Assembly: GCA_944391465.1 (NCBI GenBank)
Contig: CALXTS010000005.1
Span: 2,942 to 66,941, forward strand
DNA from: an uncultured Alphaproteobacteria bacterium
Lineage (GTDB): Bacteria; Pseudomonadota; Alphaproteobacteria; RF32; CAG-239
Length of the DNA: 64,000 nt
Reading direction: 5' to 3'
The position numbers were made by a program, and so were the translations under genes. Positions 9,031 through 18,457 of the stretch are shown here, in pieces (within the stretch, counting starts at the first letter, position 1; every line of letters starts with the position of its first letter). The notes under the pieces are model-generated. The model had not been told where the DNA came from. It did not search any database and saw nothing but the letters and a program-made list of their open reading frames with translations.

Positions 9031-10809
9031 ATGAGTGTTGCAGAACGTTTAAGAAATGATGTTGATGAAAGAAGAATAATAAAACCGGAAAACCGAGACT
9101 CATCTCGTCATACATACGGTGCAAGCACTCCTCCGACACCGCCTCCCGCACCTGGTACTGTTGTTATAAATGCCGCAGGTAATGATGATGATGAAAAAAA
9201 CAAAGAAAAAGAAAAAATAAAAACCATCAGTGATAAAAACATCAGAAAACTTTTTGACCCAGACTATGATCCGACGGCTCCTGATGACGACGATGCCAAA
9301 GTCGGAGAAGTTGGCACGACTGATGATAAAGATCAAAAAACCGACGTTAACACAGATCCGATAAAGATTCAAAGCGGCGACTTCATAAAATTTTTAATGG
9401 AAGATGTCGTCTTAAATGGTTTTGCCGGATGGATAGGCGGAAAAGCAGCCGGTGCCGTAGGAGCCATCACTTACAATGTTGCTGAATGGACATATCACAA
9501 AACCATGAGAGACCCATATCGCTGGCTCGGTAAAAAATATCATGAGTATAAAGAAAAAAGAGAGAAAGAACGCGTTGAAGAACTAAAAAAAGCGGCCAAA
9601 ACTTGGACCGAAGAAAATGATTTAAAGCCTCATGAAAACGATAGCGAACGAGCAAAATTCGTAAAGAAAATGCTCCGTCGCCACAACGCCAATCTGGAAC
9701 AAATTGAAGGTTTATCATCGCAATACAGTATAGATTTTCTCATCAAAAACATTGAAGAGGGAAAACTTGAGCAAGTCAAATTTGAAAGACTTAGTCCGGA
9801 ATTAAATAAAGCACTCAAAGATCGTTTAAATATGTTAAAAGAAGCGGCTCCGGAAGAAAGAGAGGCTCAACTCAACTACTTAAGAGAAAACTTAAAAGAG
9901 GCTCTCCTGCAAGAACAGCAAATTGCTTGCTTAGCTTCAGCATACGCCGCTACAAGAATGATGCATGAAAAGAACAAAAATCCGGATTATAACGCTCATG
10001 CCTCAGACGGACAGTTGTCACAAGAATATGAACTTTATTACTTAAACGCGCGCGCTAAAATTCTGGAGCAAATGAGAAACCCTAATTTCAGCATGGATAA
10101 AACCATTGACAGCTTTAATTCAATGTTTGAAACGGAATTTAACAATCACAAGAAGTTAGATCAAATAGAAAAAAGCAACAGTAGTGAAGTTTTCGAAGTT
10201 AAAAACCCCAAGTTAACCGAAGCAATAAATAATCACACTTACGGTTCTGGAGGAGATATTGATGAAGAATTAAAATCTGCAAATGAAACTTGTGAAAGTC
10301 TGGCGCAAGAACTTGCAGAAATAAAAAGACAAAGGGATAATCTTGCAAAATTCAAAAAAAATCTCCAAAAAGGAATCCCTTTACATACGGCTATCAGAAT
10401 AAATGATAATGAAAGAAACACTGTTCAGTCAGATAAAGTTTCTCAAACCTCGTTCCAAAACGGGCAAGGAGAAAAAGTCTCTTTGAGCACAACAGATAAC
10501 AAATCCATAAACATAACCGCTAAAGATAAAGAGGGAAAACCTAAAATACCTTCAATAACAGATTTTGAAACGGTGTTTAATGGATTGAAAAACAAAAGAA
10601 GTGAGTTTGAAATCGGCAACATTGTCAATGATGAATTTAAGGCAAGAATGATAATTGCCGCAGCAAACACCGGCATAAAAATCACCAACCTTGAGACAAG
10701 AGGAGCCGTCAATCATGCTATGCTAAGTCAAGAAACCAAAAAAGCACTTCAACAAAAAAACATTGTTTTGCCACAAAAACAAACTCAAGAAAGGACGCAA
10801 GACCGCTAA
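9031..10809 (+). CDS. Large hypothetical protein (Pro/acidic N-terminus, glycine-rich hydrophobic segment, coiled coil, LPD7-like C-terminus)
   Basis: 592-aa ORF; NGFAGWIGGKAAGAVGAI segment; C-terminal EIGNIVNDEFKARMIIAAANTGIKITN; ends QERTQDR. Confidence 0.72.
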   Translation: MSVAERLRNDVDERRIIKPENRDSSRHTYGASTPPTPPPAPGTVVINAAGNDDDEKNKEKEKIKTISDKNIRKLFDPDYDPTAPDDDDAKVGEVGTTDDKDQKTDVNTDPIKIQSGDFIKFLMEDVVLNGFAGWIGGKAAGAVGAITYNVAEWTYHKTMRDPYRWLGKKYHEYKEKREKERVEELKKAAKTWTEENDLKPHENDSERAKFVKKMLRRHNANLEQIEGLSSQYSIDFLIKNIEEGKLEQVKFERLSPELNKALKDRLNMLKEAAPEEREAQLNYLRENLKEALLQEQQIACLASAYAATRMMHEKNKNPDYNAHASDGQLSQEYELYYLNARAKILEQMRNPNFSMDKTIDSFNSMFETEFNNHKKLDQIEKSNSSEVFEVKNPKLTEAINNHTYGSGGDIDEELKSANETCESLAQELAEIKRQRDNLAKFKKNLQKGIPLHTAIRINDNERNTVQSDKVSQTSFQNGQGEKVSLSTTDNKSINITAKDKEGKPKIPSITDFETVFNGLKNKRSEFEIGNIVNDEFKARMIIAAANTGIKITNLETRGAVNHAMLSQETKKALQQKNIVLPQKQTQERTQDR

Positions 10810-11298
10810 ATGTTAAAAAAATTTTTTCACCTGATTCGGTTTCTTTTAATCGGTACCATTTGGACTTTAGTCTTTTTGGTACTTTCTAGTCTTATAATGT
10901 ATCAAGCATGGAATTTTGATATTTTTAATTTTGACGACTGGCAAACCATAGAAAGATTTTGGAATTCCGGCGGAACAATAAAAATAGCAAGAGATTATGC
11001 TTTTATCGGAAGTATAATTTTAATACCGATTTTATGGATATGGATATTATACAAATTAAACAAAATAAACTGGCTTGATATTATTTTAGCTCCCGTTCAT
11101 TCATACAATGCATGGATAATCAGACGCTACGGCAGTGATTCAAAAAGGATTGTTTTAAAAAATATCAAATCGAGTCAAGATAATATTGAGTTTATAAAAC
11201 AACAGTTGGAATCCATTAAACCGGAAAAACCCAGAGAGGTCGTCAACATTCGCGAGGAGATTCAAAAAAAGATTGAATCAGAAACAACAAAGTACTAA
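10810..11298 (+). CDS. Hypothetical membrane protein, paralogous to the N-terminal domain of 11348-12604
   Basis: Starts directly after the upstream TAA; two TM segments around WNFDIF..W..FWNSG..AFI. Confidence 0.78.
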   Translation: MLKKFFHLIRFLLIGTIWTLVFLVLSSLIMYQAWNFDIFNFDDWQTIERFWNSGGTIKIARDYAFIGSIILIPILWIWILYKLNKINWLDIILAPVHSYNAWIIRRYGSDSKRIVLKNIKSSQDNIEFIKQQLESIKPEKPREVVNIREEIQKKIESETTKY

Positions 11299-11347
11299 TA
11301 AACACTTATTAACCAAATTTATGTTAGAATATGCATAAAAATAAGTC

Positions 11348-12604
11348 TTGGAGAGAATTTTGAAACCACTGTTAATATTGATACGCATAATATTCGTCGG
11401 TATCTTCTGGAGTATTTTCTTCTTTGAAGGTATTCGCGTTATTTTGCTTACTAACTGGCATTTTGACATTCTCCGTCAAGCGCACTGGTTATATGCCTGG
11501 AATTTATGGTTATCCGGTTGGGTAATTGATGATGCCAAAGAATGGGCGTTTATTTTAATTGTATTATCGTTTATTCCGCTGTGGCTGACAGGCTGGGCGG
11601 CTTTGAGCATGGTAAAATATGGAAAAATATTTGAATTTATTCTTTACCTACCGCTCAAAATCTTCAATAAGCTATTTGAAAAACAAGTTAAAAAAATTGC
11701 AGATACCGCAAGCGTAAAACTTGTAAAAAAGAAAAAATCTTATAAAGAGATACGTCCTAAGAGTATTCGCCCTCCGGTTGAAGAAAGCTCATACATGGGT
11801 GGAGCAACCTCCTCTCATAACAAATCCGGCTTATCTTCAGCCCCGACACACTCCATAACGCCATCTTCACCCAAACCGATAGCGCCAACCGAAAACAAGC
11901 CCAAAGAATTTGATCATTCTTTGTTTAATATTGATGACGGGACGGATTTTGACTTTGATTTGTTTGATGATAACATCATGGCCTCTCCGCCATCATCTCC
12001 CAAACCATCTAAAGAGCCGGCGCACACGCCTCCGGCTAAAGAAACAAACAACAAAAAAGAAAACAAACCCTCAGAAGCATCGTCAACCAACACCAAACGA
12101 CCTGTTTCTAATTCAACTCTTGAAGTTATTAAGCAAAAAGGTTATGAGGTTATCACAGCTGCAACTATCAAAAACACGCTTATTGACTTCATCGGTGTTT
12201 CTGATAAGCAAATCTGTCTATGTTTAACCGATAAAGAACCGGGAGATTGGCTTGCCGATGAAGAACGTTTTAACGATGAAGAGCCGCTTTGGTTTTCAGA
12301 AAGTTCTCACCGAATTTCGCCGGTCAGAAAAATTGATGTTGCCCGCAACTATCTTAAAGATAAATTAACCGAAAACGGACTAGACTATAAGATAGAAGCC
12401 TATGTAATCGAACAAATCGGAAACATTATAAATGCAGAAGATATGTTTGAAATCTGGAATGAAATGAACATCAAAGTAACCAGAATCGACAGGGGAACCC
12501 CTAAAGAGATAAACCTTTTTGCCAAAACCCTTGAAGAAGCATCTGGAAAAGCCACTAAAGAAGATTTTGAAAAATTAAAAAAACTAATCCGCAACTTAGC
12601 ATAA
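11348..12604 (+). CDS. Membrane protein with Pro/Ser-rich linker and degenerate NERD/PD-(D/E)xK-like C-terminal domain
   Basis: N-terminal TMs with WHFDIL..W..LWLSG..AFI; low-complexity linker; C-terminal LIDFIGVSDKQICLCLTDKEPGDW...LW...ISPVRKI. Confidence 0.7.
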   Translation: MERILKPLLILIRIIFVGIFWSIFFFEGIRVILLTNWHFDILRQAHWLYAWNLWLSGWVIDDAKEWAFILIVLSFIPLWLTGWAALSMVKYGKIFEFILYLPLKIFNKLFEKQVKKIADTASVKLVKKKKSYKEIRPKSIRPPVEESSYMGGATSSHNKSGLSSAPTHSITPSSPKPIAPTENKPKEFDHSLFNIDDGTDFDFDLFDDNIMASPPSSPKPSKEPAHTPPAKETNNKKENKPSEASSTNTKRPVSNSTLEVIKQKGYEVITAATIKNTLIDFIGVSDKQICLCLTDKEPGDWLADEERFNDEEPLWFSESSHRISPVRKIDVARNYLKDKLTENGLDYKIEAYVIEQIGNIINAEDMFEIWNEMNIKVTRIDRGTPKEINLFAKTLEEASGKATKEDFEKLKKLIRNLA

Positions 12605-12622
12605 TTTAACAGGATAAAGAAA

Positions 12623-14845
12623 TTGAGTAAACGTGGAGAAGAATGGGAAGAATATGATAATGCCGTCAAATGGATGGTTATAACCTTTCTTATCGCTATC
12701 AGCGTCACAATTATACTTGCGTTAATCTCAATGCCGTTGGGATATTTATTGGGAACCGGAATCTCCAAAGATTCTCTTTCCGATGTTGGAAAATACTTTT
12801 CGCTTGTCTTTAATAAAAGCGGATATCTTTTCTCCAGATACTGGAGATGGATGCGTCAACTTTCAACTTATCAGGGAGAGTTTTCGTTTAGTTTATGGAT
12901 ACCGATACTTCCTTTTTTAAGTTTTCCGATAATTCTTATTACTGGCATTATCAGCAATCCTTATCACTTTCAGTCTAACATCCACGGTTCAGCACGAATT
13001 GCCGAATTAGGTGATATAAAAAAGATGGAACTTTTAGGGTTCGATGGCTTTTGCCAAGTTGTAGGAAAATTTAACGGAAAATTGCTTTTATTAAAAGAAA
13101 CGCTTTCAACCTTATGTTGCGCACCTCCGGGAACCGGTAAAACGGCAGGCGTTGTTGTTCCTACTATATTTAACTCTCCCGGATTAAGTATCATCGTAAA
13201 CGACCCCAAACCGGAGTTGTGTTATCAAACATCCGGTGCGCGAGCAAAAGTCGGCCCCGTATTTATCATCAACTGGGGTATGGAAGATAACCCGGAAGAA
13301 GGAATTTATTATCCAAGTTGGAATCCACTGTCTCCGGGAGCTGTTCCTGCCCCCGGACCGGCTCGCGATATGTACATAGATTCCATGTGTAACGTTTTGG
13401 TAGAAGATCCAAAAGGTGGAGCAGATCCGCACTGGTCACAAACCGGACGAGCAGCATTAACGGGCTTTATACATTTCATCGTTTCAAAATGCGAAAAAGC
13501 CAGAGCCAATGACTATTTCATCGGCCGCATTTATGAAGGAAAATTAGATGAAGAAGATAAAAAAGTCCTTGAAGGCTATTACCTCGAAATGCATGACCCG
13601 ATGTCCTCTCGAGCGGTTCAAAATCTGCGAACAAACAACTTAAATATAGATAACTATCTTCCTATCGGAACATGGGCGCTTCTACCGGAAAAATGGATTG
13701 GAAGAGAGTCTTGTATTGCCATGATTTTGGAATGGATTACAGAAGCTCAAATCAAACAATCACAAGAAATTAAACGACGCCTAGAAGAAGGTGACCAAAT
13801 GGCTGCTATGGCAGACCCCATGCGAGACTTGTTGGAAGCAGCCATTGAAGAAGCTCGAAAATTTGGCTATTCAGCCCGATGCATCGTAGAATTAAGCCAA
13901 TTAAGCTCCATGCCGGATAAAGAAAGAGGTTCCGTACTCTCCACCGCTTTTTCTGGTATTGGTATCTTTAAAAACTCTGCCGTTGTTGCGCGTACCAGTT
14001 TCAGCGATATCAGCTTTAAAGATTTAAGAGGATTAAAAGACCCGATTACCGGAGAATTCAAACCTATTTCGGTTTATCTCTCGGTAAACCAAGTTGATGC
14101 CAGAGCGTTAAGCGTTATTTCAGGAACCTTCATTGACTTAATGTCATCTTACCTGATTGCCAACCCGCCTAAATTTAAAAATCCGACAGACGGACAAATG
14201 GGTCCCTTCCCTTGCCTGTTTGTTATGGACGAGTTTCCGACCATGCCTAAATTAAAAGCCGTTATTGACGGTCCGGCGGTTGGACGCGGACAAAAAGTTT
14301 CATACCTTCTGATTGGACAAGATTTAGGACAAATCTCCGGTAAATACGGAAAAGATGACCTTGAAACCGTAATTTCAACCACGGCATGCAAAATCATCTT
14401 ATCACAAAACAACGAACAAACAGCTCAGCGTTTTTCAAAGATGATTGGAAACAAAACCGTACAAACCACCTCATTTTCAAAAAATGAAGGTATCAGCTTG
14501 AGCAAAGGAGCTAATCCTTTCGCTAAAAATGTTAGCTACCAACTTCAAGGTGTTTCGGCAATCTCGGCAACCCAATTGCTCAGCCTTCCGATGCTCAAAC
14601 AAGTTGTCTTAATGCAAGGATATATCGACCGCCCGATTATGGCGGATTCGCCTCGTTGGTATCTTGATAACAAAATGAAAGCCTTACGCAACCTGCCTCC
14701 GGCACCAAATGTTCCTGATTGGATTGTCGCACAAAGAGAAGACATTAACGACGATATGTTAGCAAAACTCGGCATAGACTATGATCCAAATGAAGATGAT
14801 AGCACCGAAGATGGTGAATTTGACGAAGAAAACGCAACCAACTAA
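12623..14845 (+). CDS. virD4: VirD4/TraG-family type IV secretion coupling protein
   Basis: Two N-terminal TMs, HGSARIA, Walker A APPGTGKTAGVVVPT, IVNDPKPEL, WNPL, DPHW, Walker B FVMDEFPTMPKL, GRGQKV..IGQDLGQI..YG; acidic C-terminal tail. Confidence 0.9.
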   Translation: MSKRGEEWEEYDNAVKWMVITFLIAISVTIILALISMPLGYLLGTGISKDSLSDVGKYFSLVFNKSGYLFSRYWRWMRQLSTYQGEFSFSLWIPILPFLSFPIILITGIISNPYHFQSNIHGSARIAELGDIKKMELLGFDGFCQVVGKFNGKLLLLKETLSTLCCAPPGTGKTAGVVVPTIFNSPGLSIIVNDPKPELCYQTSGARAKVGPVFIINWGMEDNPEEGIYYPSWNPLSPGAVPAPGPARDMYIDSMCNVLVEDPKGGADPHWSQTGRAALTGFIHFIVSKCEKARANDYFIGRIYEGKLDEEDKKVLEGYYLEMHDPMSSRAVQNLRTNNLNIDNYLPIGTWALLPEKWIGRESCIAMILEWITEAQIKQSQEIKRRLEEGDQMAAMADPMRDLLEAAIEEARKFGYSARCIVELSQLSSMPDKERGSVLSTAFSGIGIFKNSAVVARTSFSDISFKDLRGLKDPITGEFKPISVYLSVNQVDARALSVISGTFIDLMSSYLIANPPKFKNPTDGQMGPFPCLFVMDEFPTMPKLKAVIDGPAVGRGQKVSYLLIGQDLGQISGKYGKDDLETVISTTACKIILSQNNEQTAQRFSKMIGNKTVQTTSFSKNEGISLSKGANPFAKNVSYQLQGVSAISATQLLSLPMLKQVVLMQGYIDRPIMADSPRWYLDNKMKALRNLPPAPNVPDWIVAQREDINDDMLAKLGIDYDPNEDDSTEDGEFDEENATN

Positions 14846-14856
14846 AGAGATAAGTA

Positions 14857-15462
14857 ATGTGGGAATGGTCTAACAAAAAAAATATAACCGAACAAGAAAC
14901 CAGCTCCCTTGCCGATGCCTATAATGATTTGCTAAAAAAAGACGGATATAAAACAACATCTCCCAATCGACAATTATCAGAAAATAAAAAATTTATCTTA
15001 GAAAATGAGGCATCATTACTTAAAGCTGAAAACATGCAGCATTTTCTTGAACAAAAAATAGAAAAATATGGTCTACGCGGAATTACCTTACAAGAGCATT
15101 CATATAAACCTCAAACTTGGGATGAAATGGATAAATCTTTTATAGAATACAGAAAACTCCGCAAAATTTTTTTGAAGATGCTTGGATATTCACATGAAGA
15201 AGAATGTCGCCGGCTCGGATTAAACGATAAAGATATTTCTTTGCTTAAACAAAGCATATCTCCGGAAAATTATAATACACACATTAAATTTCCGCTTGAT
15301 TTCGGAGGAGTTCTCGACCTTAACAACTTAGCACTAATGAAAACCAATCCGCATCATGAACTGTTTCACAGGCTTATTGATATCCAAATTGAAAAGAACT
15401 ATCTAAAAACCAATAAAAAAATATTTATCCCCCATTTTGAAGGGAAAATTTACTATGATTAA
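14857..15462 (+). CDS. HNH-like nuclease domain protein of polymorphic-toxin type (possibly degenerate)
   Basis: RKIFLKML..LGLNDKDISLLKQSISPENYNTHIKFPLDFGGVLDLNNLALMKTNPHHELFH resembles the toxin HNH pattern YxVHHKxPLDxGGxNDxxNLxLIKxxPxH. Confidence 0.65.
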   Translation: MWEWSNKKNITEQETSSLADAYNDLLKKDGYKTTSPNRQLSENKKFILENEASLLKAENMQHFLEQKIEKYGLRGITLQEHSYKPQTWDEMDKSFIEYRKLRKIFLKMLGYSHEEECRRLGLNDKDISLLKQSISPENYNTHIKFPLDFGGVLDLNNLALMKTNPHHELFHRLIDIQIEKNYLKTNKKIFIPHFEGKIYYD

Positions 15463-15880
15463 AGAATATGTAGAACAAATAAAAAACAAAGACGGATGTG
15501 TCTATTTTGCTCCGGCAAAAGCCGAAGATATAGAAGCAATCAATAACAAAATGAAAGAGTTTCTTTTTGCCGAAATACCCGCAGAATACAAAGAATTTTT
15601 GAGTCTTACAAACGGAATCATCTATGACGGTATAGAGTTTTTCGGATGCCGCCCTCAAATAAGAAATAATTACACTTTCCCAGACTTAATAAAAATAAAT
15701 CAACCCTATTCAGAATACGCTTATTTTAGCGATAAAATCATCATTGGGAGGATTTCAGAAAGTTTTATCGTCTATAACAGCCCATCAAATGATTACGCTA
15801 TGATAGACCGCCTAAACCTGCTTACCAGATCAGAAGAAGATAGTTTTACAGAACTTTTTAAAAATTTATGCGAAATCTAA
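15455..15880 (+). CDS. SMI1/KNR4 (SUKH, YrhA-like) immunity protein
   Basis: PAKAEDIEAI..IPAEYKEFLSLTNGIIYDGIEFFG..IIIG..Y..ID..SFTELF; overlaps the end of the HNH-like gene. Confidence 0.8.
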   Translation: MIKEYVEQIKNKDGCVYFAPAKAEDIEAINNKMKEFLFAEIPAEYKEFLSLTNGIIYDGIEFFGCRPQIRNNYTFPDLIKINQPYSEYAYFSDKIIIGRISESFIVYNSPSNDYAMIDRLNLLTRSEEDSFTELFKNLCEI

Positions 15881-16065
15881 TCTTCTTCACCTGAATTAAA
15901 TGAAGTTTCAGCAAGTTGCTCCAAATCTTTTTCATCAATTTCAACAGCTTCGACGGTATATTTCTCACAAAACCAATTACCCAAATCAATATCGGCACAA
16001 CGTTTAGAACAAAAAGGACGATATTTTTTATCGGTAAACTCTTTTTTACAAATCGGACAAATCAT
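15877..16065 (-). CDS. yacG: DNA gyrase inhibitor YacG
   Basis: CPICKK..YRPFCSKRCADIDLGNW zinc finger. Confidence 0.93.
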   Translation of the reverse strand: MICPICKKEFTDKKYRPFCSKRCADIDLGNWFCEKYTVEAVEIDEKDLEQLAETSFNSGEED

Positions 16066-17231
16066 TTTTCAACTCTTCCCTGCCCGCAACAGCTCGGACA
16101 TTCTACCGTTAAAACATCTCTCAAACTCGGACGCCGCCGCATACGAATAATTTCAACATTTCCGCCTCGACTTAAGCCATAACATGTTGACTTTACATAA
16201 TCTTTTTTCAAACCTTGATTTAATATTTCAATAGGGCTTTTCAAAAACTTATATTCAGATAACCCTGCAAAATCAATAACAATCTTTCCGGATAAATTTC
16301 TTAGCTTAATTTGTCGTAAAATTTCTTCAGCAGCTTCCGCATTAAGACGATTAAGATTTCCGTTATTTTTATCATCTCCGCTGTCAACATCAATCGCTGT
16401 ACAAGCCCTCGTTTCTTCAATAATGATTCGTCCACCGCCCGGAAGCTGAACAATTGGAGATAAAGCCTCTCCTATAGATTCATCTAACCCATAATCCTTA
16501 AAAGCATCCGAAACTAATTCAACCTCAAAATCCTTATCAGATAAAGATTGCAGTTCTTCATACAAATTCCGAGCATTAACGACAATTTTTTTAAGAGTTG
16601 ATTTATTTCTGAAAATATACTCATAAATCGGATTTTTTTTACCGAGAAGAAGAACGGGAGCATTAACTTTTCTAGCCAAAACTCTTACCTCATCATACTT
16701 TGCTCTTAATTGTTCCATTTCTTTAACAATATCTGTATTTTTAGCAGATTCGGCAGATGTTCTGACAATCCATCCTTCTTGACCTGTCGTATTATCCAAA
16801 AACAAATCTTTTAATTCTTGAGCTCTACTTTTGTCCTCAATTTTATTTGAAACTTCTACAGACATTTTATATGGACAATAAACCGAGTATTCTCCGACAA
16901 ATTGTAATGAGCGACAAAGTTTAGCACCTTTTTCTGCTCTTTGCTCTTGGGCAACCTGTACAATCAAACTTTGACCTTCGGTTGCGTTCAAATCATCTAA
17001 ACCATACTCTCTGGCATTTATAAAAGCCTCTTTACCGTCATTAATATCAACAAAATATCCTAAACTTCCGTTTGCCAAATCAATTTTATGTAAAATTTTT
17101 CCCAAATATATACTACCTTCAGCGGCAGATTTAATATCATCTATTTCTAACTCGGTAAGTTTTCCGGCCTCTAAACCGGCAATTTTAATTTTACCTTCTG
17201 TTTTTTCATAAACAATCGTATCTAAATCCAT
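16062..17231 (-). CDS. Ribonuclease E/G family protein
   Basis: S1-like GSIYLGKI..FVDI, LIVQV..KGA, IVRTSA, TAIDVDSG, RQIKLRNLSGKIVIDF, CPSCCGQG; in the maf-rng-yacG order. Confidence 0.88.
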   Translation of the reverse strand: MDLDTIVYEKTEGKIKIAGLEAGKLTELEIDDIKSAAEGSIYLGKILHKIDLANGSLGYFVDINDGKEAFINAREYGLDDLNATEGQSLIVQVAQEQRAEKGAKLCRSLQFVGEYSVYCPYKMSVEVSNKIEDKSRAQELKDLFLDNTTGQEGWIVRTSAESAKNTDIVKEMEQLRAKYDEVRVLARKVNAPVLLLGKKNPIYEYIFRNKSTLKKIVVNARNLYEELQSLSDKDFEVELVSDAFKDYGLDESIGEALSPIVQLPGGGRIIIEETRACTAIDVDSGDDKNNGNLNRLNAEAAEEILRQIKLRNLSGKIVIDFAGLSEYKFLKSPIEILNQGLKKDYVKSTCYGLSRGGNVEIIRMRRRPSLRDVLTVECPSCCGQGRVEK

Positions 17232-17233
17232 CG

Positions 17234-17815
17234 CTAAATCTCCTCTTTAATTCCGGCTGAAATCAACATATTTCTTGTTTCATACAAAGGTAATCCGACA
17301 ACCCCTGAATAAGAACCGATTATTTTGCGCACAAAAGCGGCCAAACATCCTTCGATCTTATATCCTGAACAACCAATCCATTCGTGCGTTTTTATATAAT
17401 CACTAATCTCTTTTTCCGTAAGACTCTTCATCAAAATTTTCGTAGTGTTAAGTTTAAGAGAAAGCCTTCCTTTAGCATCAATAACACTTACAGCACTTAA
17501 AACCCGATGAGTTTTTCCGGATAACATTTTCATAATACATTCTTGTTCTGCATCATTTTTAGCTTTTTGAATAATTTTTTGCCCGCAAACAACAACCGTA
17601 TCACAAGCCAAAACAATTTCTCCGGGATATTTCTGCGCTACATGCAAACATTTTTCCTTCGCCATTCTTTTAACATAGGCAGAAGGTTTCTCAAACTTAA
17701 GAGGTGTTTCATCAATATCAGCAGGCTCAATTTTTTTAGGAGAAAGAGAAACCTGCTCAAGAAGTTGTTTTCTTTGAGGAGAACCCGACGCCAAAATAAA
17801 ATTGTAACAAACCAT
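17234..17815 (-). CDS. maf: Maf family nucleoside triphosphate pyrophosphatase
   Basis: ILASGSPQRKQLL, IDET, ACDTVV, LSGKTHRV, GSYSGVVGLP. Confidence 0.92.
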   Translation of the reverse strand: MVCYNFILASGSPQRKQLLEQVSLSPKKIEPADIDETPLKFEKPSAYVKRMAKEKCLHVAQKYPGEIVLACDTVVVCGQKIIQKAKNDAEQECIMKMLSGKTHRVLSAVSVIDAKGRLSLKLNTTKILMKSLTEKEISDYIKTHEWIGCSGYKIEGCLAAFVRKIIGSYSGVVGLPLYETRNMLISAGIKEEI

Positions 17816-17921
17816 CAAAACAACCCAAAAAATAGATTACCATACAAAAAAGAGCTTTAACGAAAACGGTTCAACAAGATTTGTTTTCGAAAAAAGCTCT
17901 AAAAAAAATTAATAAAAAAGA

Positions 17922-18347
17922 TTAGGCTTCATCATCATAAGTCTTTTCCATCCGCTCATGACGCTCCTGAGCTTCAAGAGAAAGAGTTGCGACCGGACGA
18001 ACCTCTAATCTGTCAATACCGATAGGATCTCCTGTCTCTTCACAATAACCATAAACCCCATCTTCAATTCTTTTAAGGGCATCATCAATTTTAGAAATCA
18101 GTTTACGTGCACGATCCCGAGTTCTTAATTCTAAAGCCTTATCAGACTCCAAAGATGCACGATCAATCTGATCAGGCTGATTAAGTCCGCCTTGGCGTAA
18201 ATCTTCAAGAGTATCTTTAGATTGTCCGATTAAAGATTTCTTCCAGTTAAGAAGTTTCTGGCGAAAATACTCCAACTGCATTTCGTTCATATATTCTTCA
18301 TCTTTAGAAGGTTTATAATCAGGCGGAAGAATAACAACATTATCCAT
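17922..18347 (-). CDS. dksA: RNA polymerase-binding protein DksA
   Basis: EEYMNEMQLEYFR, PDQIDRAS, LRTRDRARKLISKI, YGYCEETGDPIG..RLEVRP; alphaproteobacterial one-Cys type. Confidence 0.96.
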   Translation of the reverse strand: MDNVVILPPDYKPSKDEEYMNEMQLEYFRQKLLNWKKSLIGQSKDTLEDLRQGGLNQPDQIDRASLESDKALELRTRDRARKLISKIDDALKRIEDGVYGYCEETGDPIGIDRLEVRPVATLSLEAQERHERMEKTYDDEA

Positions 18348-18457
18348 AACACGGCTCCTTAACTAACATAAAATAAATATTATCTGGTAACATACCTAAT
18401 CATATTAAAAATTCAAGAGAAAAAATAGAATTATCAGCCCATAATCAATTGAAAAGT

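Noticed and set aside
7989-15880. VirD4 region as an intact conjugative element or ICE
   Set aside because: No relaxase, virB/trb genes, integrase, recognisable oriT or flanking repeats; embedded among core genes.
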